Shown one piece after another: positions 29,295 through 39,479 of a stretch of 64,000 bases of DNA (the stretch's first letter is position 1; the number at the start of each line of letters is the position of its first letter). The position numbers and the translations under genes are program-made. A model generated the notes under the pieces. The model was not told the origin of the DNA, ran no database searches, and saw nothing but the letters and a program-made list of their open reading frames with translations. Location: the sequence record SRR31156797_4553; one strand, given 5' to 3'.

Positions 29295-30097
29295 AAGGCA
29301 TCCGCGTGGCAATCGTCCATAATCAAGAAAGCAAGTCAGTAGAAGTGACGAAGCGTTTAACTGTCCTCCTGGAGCAGTCTGAAAACAAGATCGATCAAGA
29401 GAACCCTGAATTAGTGATCTCTGTTGGTGGAGATGGTACGCTTCTTTCTGCTTTTCACTTGTTCAACCATAAGTTAGATCAAGTACAATTTTTAGGGGTC
29501 CATACGGGACACCTCGGCTTTTATACAGATTGGCGTGACTATGAATTGGATGAATTGGTAGAGTCTTTATGCAATGACCATCAAAAGAGTGTCAGTTATC
29601 CTTTATTGGATGTCCGAATCACTTATGCAAATGGCAAACCAGACAAGCATTTCCTGGCATTGAACGAATCAACGATCAAACGCGGCAATCGCACCATGGT
29701 TGCCGATATTTCTATTAAAGAAGACCTCTTTGAAAAGTTTCGCGGGGATGGCCTCTCGATCTCAACGCCAACCGGCTCAACTGCCTATAACAAAAGTGTT
29801 GGTGGGGCAGTATTGCACCCAAGTATCAATGCGTTTCAATTAGCAGAGATTGCTTCTTTGAACAATCGCGTCTTTCGGACACTTGGATCACCGATCGTCG
29901 TGGGTCATCACGAGTGGGTCAAAGTGCAACTGCAACAAAGTACCGACTATTTAGTGACGATTGATCAATTTACCATCGAGCAAGAAGAAATCGATGCAAT
30001 CTATTACCGGATTGCCGACGAACGGATTCATTTTGCGTCTTATCGGCATATGCATTTTTGGAATCGTGTCAAAGATTCCTTTATTGGAGAAGAATAA
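29291..30097 (+). CDS. nadK: NAD kinase
   Basis: GGDGT, GHLGFY, ALNE, GDGL.ISTPTGSTAY. Confidence 0.95.
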   Translation: MKGIRVAIVHNQESKSVEVTKRLTVLLEQSENKIDQENPELVISVGGDGTLLSAFHLFNHKLDQVQFLGVHTGHLGFYTDWRDYELDELVESLCNDHQKSVSYPLLDVRITYANGKPDKHFLALNESTIKRGNRTMVADISIKEDLFEKFRGDGLSISTPTGSTAYNKSVGGAVLHPSINAFQLAEIASLNNRVFRTLGSPIVVGHHEWVKVQLQQSTDYLVTIDQFTIEQEEIDAIYYRIADERIHFASYRHMHFWNRVKDSFIGEE

Positions 30098-30101
30098 ACT
30101 C

Positions 30102-31001
30102 ATGGAATTTACGTATCAATATACTGGACAAGGGCAGCAAGTCAAATATTTTTTGAAGGAACAAGGAGTATCCAAAGGTCTGCTAGCGAAAATAAAATTT
30201 CAAGGCGGAAAGATATTTGTGAACGACCACGAGCAAAACGTCTTGTTTTCTTTGGCGCAAAATGATAGGGTAACTATTGTAATTCCTCCTGAAGGGGAAC
30301 ATGAAACGATGCTGGCTGATCCGACACCTATTGAGATTGTGTATGAAGATGCCCATCTGTTAATCGTGAATAAGCCGGCTGGCATCTCATCGATTCCTGC
30401 GCAATATCATCCGACTGGCACGATGGCCAATCGAGTCAAGGCCTACTATCAAGCGCAACACTATGAAGATCAAGTGATCCATGTAGTGACTCGCTTAGAC
30501 CGTGACACATCAGGATTGATGCTTTTTGCAAAACACGGCTTTGCCCATGCGAAGCTGGATAGCCAGTTACGGAAGAAGCAAGTTGTTAAAAAATATCAAG
30601 CCCTCGTTGCGGGAGATCTTTCCGCATTATCCGCCCATAGCGAGATCGATTTGCCTATCGCTAGGGACCTGACCTCGCTTTTGAAACGCAAGGTCAGTGA
30701 AGAAGGAAAAGAGGCACGTACGGAGTATTGGCTAAAACAGCGCAATTCAGATTGCGCATTAGTCGACATTCAACTACACACAGGCCGGACACATCAAATA
30801 AGGGTCCATTTTTCTGCAATCGGTTGTCCCTTACTAGGAGACGAGATGTATGGGGGACCAATGGCTTTTGGGATCAGACGACAGGCACTTCATTGCTGTC
30901 AGCTGCAATTCCAGCATCCCTTTACGAATGAACCGTTGGCTTTTGAACTGCCTTTACCTGCAGACATGGCCGCTGTTTGTTCAGCTATCGATAAGCAATA
31001 A
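30102..31001 (+). CDS. RluA-family pseudouridine synthase (YjbO-like)
   Basis: NKPAG, TRLDRDTSGL, TGRTHQIRVH, GDEMYG, RQALHC; ATG 30102. Confidence 0.92.
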   Translation: MEFTYQYTGQGQQVKYFLKEQGVSKGLLAKIKFQGGKIFVNDHEQNVLFSLAQNDRVTIVIPPEGEHETMLADPTPIEIVYEDAHLLIVNKPAGISSIPAQYHPTGTMANRVKAYYQAQHYEDQVIHVVTRLDRDTSGLMLFAKHGFAHAKLDSQLRKKQVVKKYQALVAGDLSALSAHSEIDLPIARDLTSLLKRKVSEEGKEARTEYWLKQRNSDCALVDIQLHTGRTHQIRVHFSAIGCPLLGDEMYGGPMAFGIRRQALHCCQLQFQHPFTNEPLAFELPLPADMAAVCSAIDKQ

Positions 31002-31018
31002 CAAATGAGGTGAAGAGA

Positions 31019-32383
31019 TTGGATGAAAATCAAGAATTAACCAAACGATTTGATCAACTGAATCAAGCACTAAAAGACAATGATATCCAGGGATTTCGTG
31101 AGGCATTCTTGGATCTGCATATCTACGAGCAGGGTCAATTCTACCAATCTCTAGAAGCAGACGATCGACAAATCGTCTATACGTATCTATCGCCGAAAGA
31201 ATTGGCAGACATGTTTGACGTCATTGAAGAAGACGATGAAAACATGGTGGACTATCTTTCAGAAATGCGGCCGGCATATGCTGCAACGATGTTAGCAGAG
31301 ATGTATACCGATAATGCTGTCGATCTACTGAATACATTGGACAAGAAACAAACGGCCAAATATTTGAGTCTGATGACTGCTGAAGCCGCTAGCGAGATCA
31401 AAGAACTATTGCATTATGAAGATGAAACAGCTGGATCATTGATGACAACCGAGTTTGTTTCCATTGTTGCCAACCAAACGGTTCGTTCAGCGATGTATGT
31501 CTTAAAAAATGCCGCAGATGTTGCTGAGACGATTTATTATATTTACGTCGTGGATACCGACAACAAACTTGTGGGCGTTATTTCTTTAAGAGACTTGATC
31601 ATCAATGATGAAGATACCATGATTGCTGATATTTTGAACGAGCGGGTGATGTCGGTTCATGTTGGAGATGACCAAGAGGATGTCGCTCAGACCTTCCGGG
31701 ATTATGACTTTCTCGCATTGCCAGTCACCGATTATGACGATCACCTATTAGGGATCGTGACCGTCGATGATATCATCGACGTTATCGATGATGAAGCAGC
31801 CAGTGATTACTCGGGTTTAGCAGGGGTCAATGTAGAAGAAGTCAGTGAAAACCCGATCAAAGCTTCTTCGAGAAGGTTACCTTGGCTCATCACCTTACTC
31901 TTTCTCGGAATGGCAACCGCCAGTTTAATCAGCCATTATGAAGAGTTAGTTAGTGAAGCAAGTATTCTCGCCGTCTTTATCTCACTGATCACCGGAACTG
32001 CCGGCAATGCCGGTACCCAATCTTTAGCGGTAGCCGTACGCCGCTTGGCGATCAATGATGATAAAGAAAATAGCTTTATGAAAACAGTGGTCGGTGAGGT
32101 GCTTACAGGACTTTTCACAGGAGCTATTACCGGATTGACGATTTTTGCTATTGTGGCTGTCTGGAAACAAAATCCGATTCTAGGGTTTGTGATCGGGATG
32201 GCTATGATGTGTGCCATCACAGTAGCCAACTTAGCGGGAAGTTTGATTCCGATGCTAATGGATAAGCTTGGGTTTGATCCGGCAGTGGCGAGCGGTCCGT
32301 TTATTACGACCCTCAGTGATTTGACCAGTGTTTTGATCTATTTCAATATTGCCAGTCTTTTTATGAACTATTTTATTCAATGA
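31019..32383 (+). CDS. mgtE: Magnesium transporter MgtE
   Basis: MgtE N-domain, tandem CBS domains, RLPWL, GNAGTQS, DPAVASGPFITTLSD; TTG start after GAGGTG. Confidence 0.95.
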   Translation: MDENQELTKRFDQLNQALKDNDIQGFREAFLDLHIYEQGQFYQSLEADDRQIVYTYLSPKELADMFDVIEEDDENMVDYLSEMRPAYAATMLAEMYTDNAVDLLNTLDKKQTAKYLSLMTAEAASEIKELLHYEDETAGSLMTTEFVSIVANQTVRSAMYVLKNAADVAETIYYIYVVDTDNKLVGVISLRDLIINDEDTMIADILNERVMSVHVGDDQEDVAQTFRDYDFLALPVTDYDDHLLGIVTVDDIIDVIDDEAASDYSGLAGVNVEEVSENPIKASSRRLPWLITLLFLGMATASLISHYEELVSEASILAVFISLITGTAGNAGTQSLAVAVRRLAINDDKENSFMKTVVGEVLTGLFTGAITGLTIFAIVAVWKQNPILGFVIGMAMMCAITVANLAGSLIPMLMDKLGFDPAVASGPFITTLSDLTSVLIYFNIASLFMNYFIQ

Positions 32384-32391
32384 ATAAAAAA

Positions 32392-32445
32392 TAAAAGCAA
32401 GCCGATGATTTTTCTTCGAGTGAAGAATCATTGGCTTGCTTTTTA
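32392..32445. terminator. Bidirectional terminator between mgtE and AraC gene
   Basis: AAAAGCAAGCCGATGATT...AATCATTGGCTTGCTTTT. Confidence 0.75.
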
Positions 32446-33279
32446 ATTTTTTGGTTTTGGCAACACCCCAGAAGGAGAGACGCCATAAAGTTTTTTAAAA
32501 GACTTGCTAAAGTGATAGGCATCTTGATAGCCAACTGCAGAGGCGACTTCCTTGATCGTGAGGTTGTCATTTTTTAGCATGTCTTTGGCACGTTTTAGGC
32601 GGATTTCTATCAAATAGTTAATGGGGCTGACCCCTGTCGCTTCTTTAAAAATCTTGGAAAGGTACGTTGGACTGAGAAATTGATCTTGTGCCAGTTTTTC
32701 CAAGGTGATTTCTTCTTTATAATGATTTTCCAAATAATAGACGGTATAGTTGACGATTTGTTGTTGTCTTCTTTGGCTTTTGGAAAGGTAAGGAACGACA
32801 TTGATGTGGTCTTCATTTAGTCCGCGTAAAATATAGACGAGCATCTCCATCAAGACAGCTTTTTGCATCAACTGAAACTCATCCCGCTCTTCACTGCTTT
32901 CTCGCACCAACTGCCACGCTTTTTCCAAAACTTGATGATGGTATTTGCCTAATTCTAACAATGGGTGTTTGTTGGGGAAAAAATTTCGCTTGAATCCTTC
33001 CAAGGAAATATTCTTCAGTCCAATATGCAACTGGTGGGAGCGAGTGCCTTTAGGCTGTAATTCGCAGTGGTCGACACCAGGATTAAAAAGCATGACACTG
33101 CCAGCACGAATTTTCTTCGCTGGTTCTTTTTCAAAATAATACGTACTTTCTCCTTCTAACAAGACGCTGATTTCTAAAAAGTCATGATGATGCATTTCTC
33201 CATGACTTTCTGCTTGCGTCCATGGGTCAAAGAGATAGATGATTTCGGGATTGAAGGTCCGAGGGTTAACTAAATTCAT
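32443..33279 (-). CDS. AraC-family transcriptional regulator with cupin sensor domain
   Basis: HHHDFLEI cupin motif; YLSKIFKEATGVSP..R...AKDML, VGYQDAYHFSKSFKK HTH. Confidence 0.93.
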   Translation of the reverse strand: MNLVNPRTFNPEIIYLFDPWTQAESHGEMHHHDFLEISVLLEGESTYYFEKEPAKKIRAGSVMLFNPGVDHCELQPKGTRSHQLHIGLKNISLEGFKRNFFPNKHPLLELGKYHHQVLEKAWQLVRESSEERDEFQLMQKAVLMEMLVYILRGLNEDHINVVPYLSKSQRRQQQIVNYTVYYLENHYKEEITLEKLAQDQFLSPTYLSKIFKEATGVSPINYLIEIRLKRAKDMLKNDNLTIKEVASAVGYQDAYHFSKSFKKLYGVSPSGVLPKPKN

Positions 33280-33423
33280 GGCTGATTCACTCCAATTGGG
33301 TGCCCATCTCCGATAAAAAAAGGGAATGGTGCTTCTTACTAATATTTTACATCAAAATGAGTAAGAAAAACCATTCAAATCGCTTTTCAAAACGCTAAGC
33401 TTAACAACGAGAGGGGGAATTAG

Positions 33424-35175
33424 ATGAGTAATACACAATGGATCTGGCGCTATGCCAAAAAGAACCGGGGAAAAATCATATTGGCAGTCCTGTTTTTAGT
33501 GATCAATGCAGCGCTGATCATTGTTAATCCGTACTTGGGAGGAATGGTGATCGATGATGTCATCAATCAGCAAAAAACGCACTTATTGATTCCATTATTG
33601 TTGATCATGATCGCAACGACCGTCATTCGTACCATTGTCCGCTACAGTTATCAAATTTTATTTGAACGGGTCGGGCAAAATACGCTATACGATTTACGGG
33701 AAGATTTGTATCAGAAGCTGCAAGAATTGGATTTCGACTTTTTCAATCACACTCGCGTGGGAGATATTATGGCACGGATGACTGGTGATACCGATGCCAT
33801 TCGCCACTTTGTTTCTTGGGTGACTTACAATATCGCTGAATGTATCTTATGGTTCTTTTCAGCGGTGGTGGTCATGAGCTTTATTGATTGGAAATTGATG
33901 TTGGCGCTGGTGGCTGTCACACCGATCATATTTCTGTTGACCAATCGCATGTCTAAGAAAGCACACCCGTTGTTTTTTGACATTCGTGAGAGCTTTTCGC
34001 GCTTGAATTCAATGGTGGAAGAAAATATCGGCGGCAATCGAGTAGTGAAAGCTTTTGCTCGTGAAAATTTTGAGATTGAAAAATTTCGCTCCTACAACGA
34101 AGATTTTAAGACCCGCAATATGGCATCTGCCAAAGTATCCCGTACCTATCTGCCATGGCTTGATGGCTTAGCAGGAAGTTTGTCAGTCATTGCCTTAGTC
34201 TTAGGCGGAATTTTCGTAATCAATGGGGAGATGACATTAGGTGATCTCGTTGCATTTAATGGCTATCTATGGATGTTGAATAACCCTATGCGTATGAGCG
34301 GTTGGTTGATCAACGATGTTCAGCGATTTTCTGCAGCTTGTATCAAAATTCGACAAATGCTAGCACAAGAATCGAAAATACCGGTTCACCAACAAGAAAA
34401 ATTAGAACCGATCAAAGGGTTTGTGGAATTCAAAGATGTCTCGTTCCACTTTTCAGATGACCCGGATCAAAATGTGTTGGAAAACATCAACTTCACCATC
34501 GGGCCAGGACAAACGTTAGGGATTTTAGGCGAAACTGGGTCTGGGAAAACGACCTTAGTGAATTTAGTCGGTCGTTTTTATGACCCGACTGAAGGGGAAG
34601 TATTCATTGATGGGAAAAATGCCAAAGAGTATCCTGTGCGACAAATGCGGGAAAACATTTCAATGGTGATGCAAGATGTCTTCTTGTTTTCTAATACCAT
34701 CTCTGACAATATTGCTTTTGGAAATCCTTTAGCAGATGAAGGCTTTATTCGGCAAATGGCGGTAGTCGCCGATGCAGATACCTTTATTTCTCGAATGCCT
34801 CAAGGCTATGAGACGATTGTCGGTGAAAGAGGCGTCGGACTTTCTGGTGGTCAAAAACAACGGATCTCCCTCGCACGGGCTCTAGCGAAAGATCCATCGA
34901 TCTTGATTTTGGATGATACGACATCTGCCGTCGATATGGAAACAGAATCGAAGATCCAACAAGAACTAACGAAATTAACTGGAGAGAAGACAACGTTTAT
35001 CATTGCGCATCGCATCTCCTCCGTTCGAGAAGCCGATCAGATCTTGATGATGGAAAAAGGGCGGGTCGTTGAACAAGGCACCCACGAAGAACTTGTCAAA
35101 CTGCGAGGTAAATACTATGAAGTGTATCAAAAACAATTAGGTTTGTCAGGAGGTGAAGACGATGGCGAGAAATAA
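33424..35175 (+). CDS. Heterodimeric ABC exporter subunit 1 (non-canonical Walker B)
   Basis: TMD plus GETGSGKT, LSGGQKQR, ILILDDTTSAVD (catalytic E replaced by D). Confidence 0.92.
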   Translation: MSNTQWIWRYAKKNRGKIILAVLFLVINAALIIVNPYLGGMVIDDVINQQKTHLLIPLLLIMIATTVIRTIVRYSYQILFERVGQNTLYDLREDLYQKLQELDFDFFNHTRVGDIMARMTGDTDAIRHFVSWVTYNIAECILWFFSAVVVMSFIDWKLMLALVAVTPIIFLLTNRMSKKAHPLFFDIRESFSRLNSMVEENIGGNRVVKAFARENFEIEKFRSYNEDFKTRNMASAKVSRTYLPWLDGLAGSLSVIALVLGGIFVINGEMTLGDLVAFNGYLWMLNNPMRMSGWLINDVQRFSAACIKIRQMLAQESKIPVHQQEKLEPIKGFVEFKDVSFHFSDDPDQNVLENINFTIGPGQTLGILGETGSGKTTLVNLVGRFYDPTEGEVFIDGKNAKEYPVRQMRENISMVMQDVFLFSNTISDNIAFGNPLADEGFIRQMAVVADADTFISRMPQGYETIVGERGVGLSGGQKQRISLARALAKDPSILILDDTTSAVDMETESKIQQELTKLTGEKTTFIIAHRISSVREADQILMMEKGRVVEQGTHEELVKLRGKYYEVYQKQLGLSGGEDDGEK

Positions 35176-36943
35176 ATTTGATGTGGATGAGGAATTAGAC
35201 CAGGAATTTAGCTGGAAGGATTTCAAGCGTTTGTCCCAATACGTCGTACCGTATAAAAAAAGCATTGGGAAAGTACTATTTACGATCATCCTGGCAAACT
35301 TAGCAGGAATGCTGGCGCCCGTTTTCACGAAGATCGCCATCGACTCATCGATTCCTGAGAAAAATGTCAATCAATTGCTGCTTTTAGGAGCTGCCTTTCT
35401 AGTGACCTTGATCGTTATTGGCGTCTGCATGCGTTATCGTATTTACCATATCACGAATATTGGGCAAGATGTTTTGAAGGATATGCGCTTTGATATTTTT
35501 GAACATCTGCAGCGGCTGCCGTTTTCTTATTTTGATACAAGGCCCCATGGCAAGATCTTGATCCGCATCGTAAACTATATCAATACACTGAGTGACCTGT
35601 TGAGTAATGGCCTGATCAATTTGATTTCCGATGTTTTCAACGTCATCATCACCTTGATCTTTATGTTTGCAATCGACTTCAAATTGACCCTATATTCCCT
35701 TGCGTTGCTGCCAATTTTGTTCATCATGGTGATGGTAATCAAAAATAACCAGCGCAAAGCCTATCAGGAGTTGAGCAATAAACAGTCCAATTTAAATGCT
35801 TACATTCATGAAAGTATTGCCGGCATCAAGATTACCCAATCCTTCGCACGGGAAGAAGAAAATGCAGAGATTTTCCAAGAAGTCAGCAATGATTATCGGA
35901 CTTCCTGGATGAAAGCTGTCAAAATTCAGTTTCTCATGTGGCCTGGGGTGCAAAACATTTCAGTCATTACGACTTGTTTGATTTATTTTGTCGGCATTCG
36001 CCAAATCGGTGTCGCTGTCAGCACAGGTACTCTGATCGCTTTTATCAGTTATATCAATAATTTCTGGAATCCAGTCATCAACATCGGGAATTTTTATAAT
36101 TCTTTGATTACAGCAACAGCCTATCTTGAACGGATTTTTGAAACGATGGATGAAGTCCCAGATATCGAAGACAAACCAGATGCAAAAGTATTGCCGACGA
36201 TGAAAGGGACCGTTGATTTTGAACACGTGACCTTCCGATACGAAGAAGGCAAAAACATTCTTTCTGATGTCAATTTTCACATCGAACCCGGGGAAAGCAT
36301 TGCCTTGGTTGGCCCTACTGGTGCAGGAAAGACCACGATCATCAATTTGCTGAGCCGCTTTTATGATGTCAATGAAGGCAGTGTTAAAGTAGATGGGATG
36401 GATGTTCGTGACGTGACGCTGGAATCGCTGCGTTCACAAATGGGGGTCATGCTGCAAGATACTTTTATTTTCTCAGGAACGATCATAGAGAATATTCGCT
36501 ATGGAAAATTAGATGCGACAGAAGAAGAGATCATTGAAGCAGCGAAAATCGTCCGTGCTCACGACTTTATCACGGAGTTGAAAGACGGCTATCAAACCGT
36601 CGTCGAAGAACGAGGAAGCACTTTATCTGCGGGGCAAAGGCAACTGATTTCCTTTGCCCGAGCGTTGTTGGCTGATCCAAAAATCTTGATCTTAGATGAG
36701 GCTACTTCTAGTATCGATACGAAGACAGAAGAATTGCTGCAAGAAGGACTGTTGAAGCTGTTAGAAGGCAGAACTTCATTCATCATCGCTCACCGGCTGT
36801 CCACAATCAAAAATTCTGATCGAATCTTTTACGTGGCAGGGGGCACGATTGCTGAATCTGGTAACCATGATCAGCTAATGGCACAAAAAGGCTTGTACCA
36901 TCATTTGTATCAATCACAATACGACTTATTGCAAGCCATATAA
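35162..36943 (+). CDS. Heterodimeric ABC exporter subunit 2
   Basis: TMD plus GPTGAGKT, LSAGQRQ, ILILDEATSSID; overlaps the upstream stop codon. Confidence 0.92.
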   Translation: MARNKFDVDEELDQEFSWKDFKRLSQYVVPYKKSIGKVLFTIILANLAGMLAPVFTKIAIDSSIPEKNVNQLLLLGAAFLVTLIVIGVCMRYRIYHITNIGQDVLKDMRFDIFEHLQRLPFSYFDTRPHGKILIRIVNYINTLSDLLSNGLINLISDVFNVIITLIFMFAIDFKLTLYSLALLPILFIMVMVIKNNQRKAYQELSNKQSNLNAYIHESIAGIKITQSFAREEENAEIFQEVSNDYRTSWMKAVKIQFLMWPGVQNISVITTCLIYFVGIRQIGVAVSTGTLIAFISYINNFWNPVINIGNFYNSLITATAYLERIFETMDEVPDIEDKPDAKVLPTMKGTVDFEHVTFRYEEGKNILSDVNFHIEPGESIALVGPTGAGKTTIINLLSRFYDVNEGSVKVDGMDVRDVTLESLRSQMGVMLQDTFIFSGTIIENIRYGKLDATEEEIIEAAKIVRAHDFITELKDGYQTVVEERGSTLSAGQRQLISFARALLADPKILILDEATSSIDTKTEELLQEGLLKLLEGRTSFIIAHRLSTIKNSDRIFYVAGGTIAESGNHDQLMAQKGLYHHLYQSQYDLLQAI

Positions 36944-36991
36944 AAAGAATCCCCACAAACGATGCGTTCTCATCGTTTGTGGGGATTTCTT
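36944..36991. terminator. Terminator between the ABC pair and cutC
   Basis: AATCCCCACAAACGATG-N6-CATCGTTTGTGGGGATT. Confidence 0.8.
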
Positions 36992-37018
36992 TGCGTGATT
37001 CTTTTGTGTCACGCAAGC

Positions 37019-37660
37019 TCAATCATTAAAGTCGACGATTCTGGTTCCATGAACTTCTTTTACACCTAATGTATCAGCAACTTGTTGGGCATTTTCAAAG
37101 GAAATGCCACCGCCAGGTAAAATCGTTAAACGCTCACCAGCATAGGCGATCAATTCTTTCAGATGATCGAAGTTGTCTTCAATCGGAGTCCCTGCAGCAC
37201 CACCATGGGTCAAAATCCGCTGTACGCCATGCTCAGCTAACCAATCGATCGCTTTAAATTGGCGCGCTGCAGGAATCGCGTCGAAGGCCATGTGAAAAGT
37301 AACCTGCAAGCCTTCTGCGGTTTCTAACAATAGCTCCAATGCTTCTTCGTCTAACCAGCCGCTAGGAGTTAAGCAACCTAGAACAACGCCGTCTGTTCCT
37401 AATTTTTTTGCTTCGATCAAGTCGGTATGCATGATTTTCAACTCAGTGTCATTGTAAACAAAATCACCGCCTCGAGGTCGGATGATCGTCATAACGGGTA
37501 TTCCTTTTTCGCCAGCATACTGCAGGACTTCTTCTTGCACGCCGGTACTTGGTGTTGTTCCGCCGACCGCTAAATTATCACAGAGTTCAATCCGCTGTGC
37601 GCCTCGTGCGATTGCTAAGGGAATATTGGTATAATTTTCTGCACAAAATTCTTTTAACAT
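37019..37660 (-). CDS. cutC: Copper homeostasis protein CutC
   Basis: EFCAEN, RIELCDNL..GGTTPS, IRPRGGDFVY, TFHMAFD, RILTHG, PGGG. Confidence 0.93.
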   Translation of the reverse strand: MLKEFCAENYTNIPLAIARGAQRIELCDNLAVGGTTPSTGVQEEVLQYAGEKGIPVMTIIRPRGGDFVYNDTELKIMHTDLIEAKKLGTDGVVLGCLTPSGWLDEEALELLLETAEGLQVTFHMAFDAIPAARQFKAIDWLAEHGVQRILTHGGAAGTPIEDNFDHLKELIAYAGERLTILPGGGISFENAQQVADTLGVKEVHGTRIVDFND

Positions 37661-37762
37661 GATTTACCTCCAATAGATGGGTGTTCAATTGATTTGTTAT
37701 TCTATCCACTAGCATTCTACCACAAGAATATGCTAAAGTAGAGCAGAGATGAGGGAAGTTGA

Positions 37763-38605
37763 ATGTTAAAAAAAATCGATCGGGGGCGCCTTTTTTTAAA
37801 CGCCCATTATCACTTATTTGAATGTCCATTGTGCCGCCAAGCATTTTTCCCAACCGAAAATGGCTTGGTTTGTCCAAATCGTCATCGATTTGACTTATCA
37901 AAGAAAGGCACACTTTTCTTTTTGGATCATCAAGTTAAAGCAGATTATGATCAAGCACTGTTTTTGCCGCGTCAACGTATGATCGCTAGCGGCATGTATG
38001 CACCAGTCCTTGAGACCATCAAAGCAGCTTTGGGGGCTGCTGAGTATCTTTTAGATGTCGGCTGCGGTGAAGGCAGTTTCCTTGCGCAGATGGTCAATGA
38101 AAAGACTCAGGCGGCTGTCGGCTTTGATATCGCCAAAGACGGGGTCTATCTAGCAACCAATCAAAACGTACCGGCTTTTTGGTGTGTGGCGGATCTGACC
38201 AACCTGCCGTTTGCTGAAGCGAGCTTTGATACGATTTTCAATCTGTTTTCACCGTCAAATTACGGGGAGTTCAACCGCATTCTAAAAAAGGGTGGCCAGT
38301 TGATCAAAGTCGTCCCAGCAGCGGATTATTTAAAAGAACTACGAGCCGCTTTTTATCCTGATGACGAAACAAAACAGCAGTATTCGAATGAACGGGTCGT
38401 TAGCAAATTTTTTGAACACTATCCCACCGCATCCCGTCAAAGAGTAACGCATGTTTTTGCGATTCCTGAAGAAAATCGGCAAGATTTACTTGCCATGTCG
38501 CCGTTAGAGTGGGGGGCTTCGGAGGAAAGGAAAGAAAAGCTGCGTCAAACCCCTTTGGCACAGATAACTGTTGATGTTGAGGTGTTGATTGCGAAAATTT
38601 CCTGA
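37763..38605 (+). CDS. RlmA-like 23S rRNA (guanine-N1)-methyltransferase
   Basis: N-terminal CPLC..C..RH.FD zinc site, LDVGCGEG, FSPSNY.EF.R.L. Confidence 0.85.
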   Translation: MLKKIDRGRLFLNAHYHLFECPLCRQAFFPTENGLVCPNRHRFDLSKKGTLFFLDHQVKADYDQALFLPRQRMIASGMYAPVLETIKAALGAAEYLLDVGCGEGSFLAQMVNEKTQAAVGFDIAKDGVYLATNQNVPAFWCVADLTNLPFAEASFDTIFNLFSPSNYGEFNRILKKGGQLIKVVPAADYLKELRAAFYPDDETKQQYSNERVVSKFFEHYPTASRQRVTHVFAIPEENRQDLLAMSPLEWGASEERKEKLRQTPLAQITVDVEVLIAKIS

Positions 38606-38670
38606 AAATATTTTGAACTTTTTTGTTATTTACTCTTGCAATCATGCCATGGGAGTGATATATTGTTCTC

Positions 38671-38784
38671 AAGTCATTTTTCATTGGTTTTTATCAGGTT
38701 CCTGTTCTGATAAAAGTTAGTGAAAAGAGCTTCACTAACGTAACGACTCGCAGTGATCGACACCGAGTTGGTACGTTTTTTTTT
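38671..38784 (+). ncRNA. Candidate stand-alone small RNA (three consecutive hairpins, last one a terminator)
   Basis: Promoter TTGCAA(38636)-17-TATATT(38659) with extended TG; hairpins TTTTATCAG/CTGATAAAA, GTTAGTGAA/TTCACTAAC, GTAACGACTCG/CGAGTTGGTAC followed by T9; no ORF with RBS. Confidence 0.65.
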
Positions 38785-38958
38785 ATGCCCAAAATTCAAC
38801 TTAAAAAATGTCTTTTTCAAAAAACAAGCGTGCCAAAATATGGTACTATAGAAGTTATTGAAGAAGCTATTGAGAATCAATTGTAAAACGCAAGATACAG
38901 AGACACAAATCAATGCGAGAACCGATCGGCAATATCCGATCGAAAGGAGTTTTTATCT

Positions 38959-39462
38959 ATGAATCACATCGTTCTTTTTGAACCTCAGATCCCGGCCAAT
39001 ACGGGGAACATTGCACGTACTTGTGCAGCAACAAATACTCATTTACACTTAATAGAGCCACTAGGCTTTTCAACGGATGACAAGCAATTGAAGCGGGCAG
39101 GACTTGATTATTGGCATGATGTCAATATCACCTATCACAAAGATTTGGCTACTTTTATGGACTTTTTAGGAGAGCGTCCGTTGTACCTGATCTCGAAATT
39201 TGCCAATCGCGTGTATTCTGACGTCGATTATACCGCAGATGATGATCAGTTCTTTATTTTTGGGAAAGAAACGACGGGGCTTCCGGAAAGCTTTATGCGT
39301 GAGCATGCCGAAAAATGCCTACGCATTCCGATGAATGATGAGCATGTTCGTTCCCTAAATCTATCAAATACGGCTGCTTTGATCATTTATGAAGTTTTGC
39401 GGCAGCAAGGCTTCCCACAGCTGGAATTGACACACCATTATGAGAACGACAAACTAGATTAA
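38959..39462 (+). CDS. trmL: tRNA (cytidine/uridine34-2'-O)-methyltransferase
   Basis: [45 protein letters not shown]. Confidence 0.95.
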   Translation: MNHIVLFEPQIPANTGNIARTCAATNTHLHLIEPLGFSTDDKQLKRAGLDYWHDVNITYHKDLATFMDFLGERPLYLISKFANRVYSDVDYTADDDQFFIFGKETTGLPESFMREHAEKCLRIPMNDEHVRSLNLSNTAALIIYEVLRQQGFPQLELTHHYENDKLD

Positions 39463-39479
39463 GAAACGAGGCTTGTTCG

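Noticed and set aside
30960-31019. M-box riboswitch before mgtE
   Set aside because: Only 17 bp separate mgtE from the upstream gene, leaving no room for a leader.
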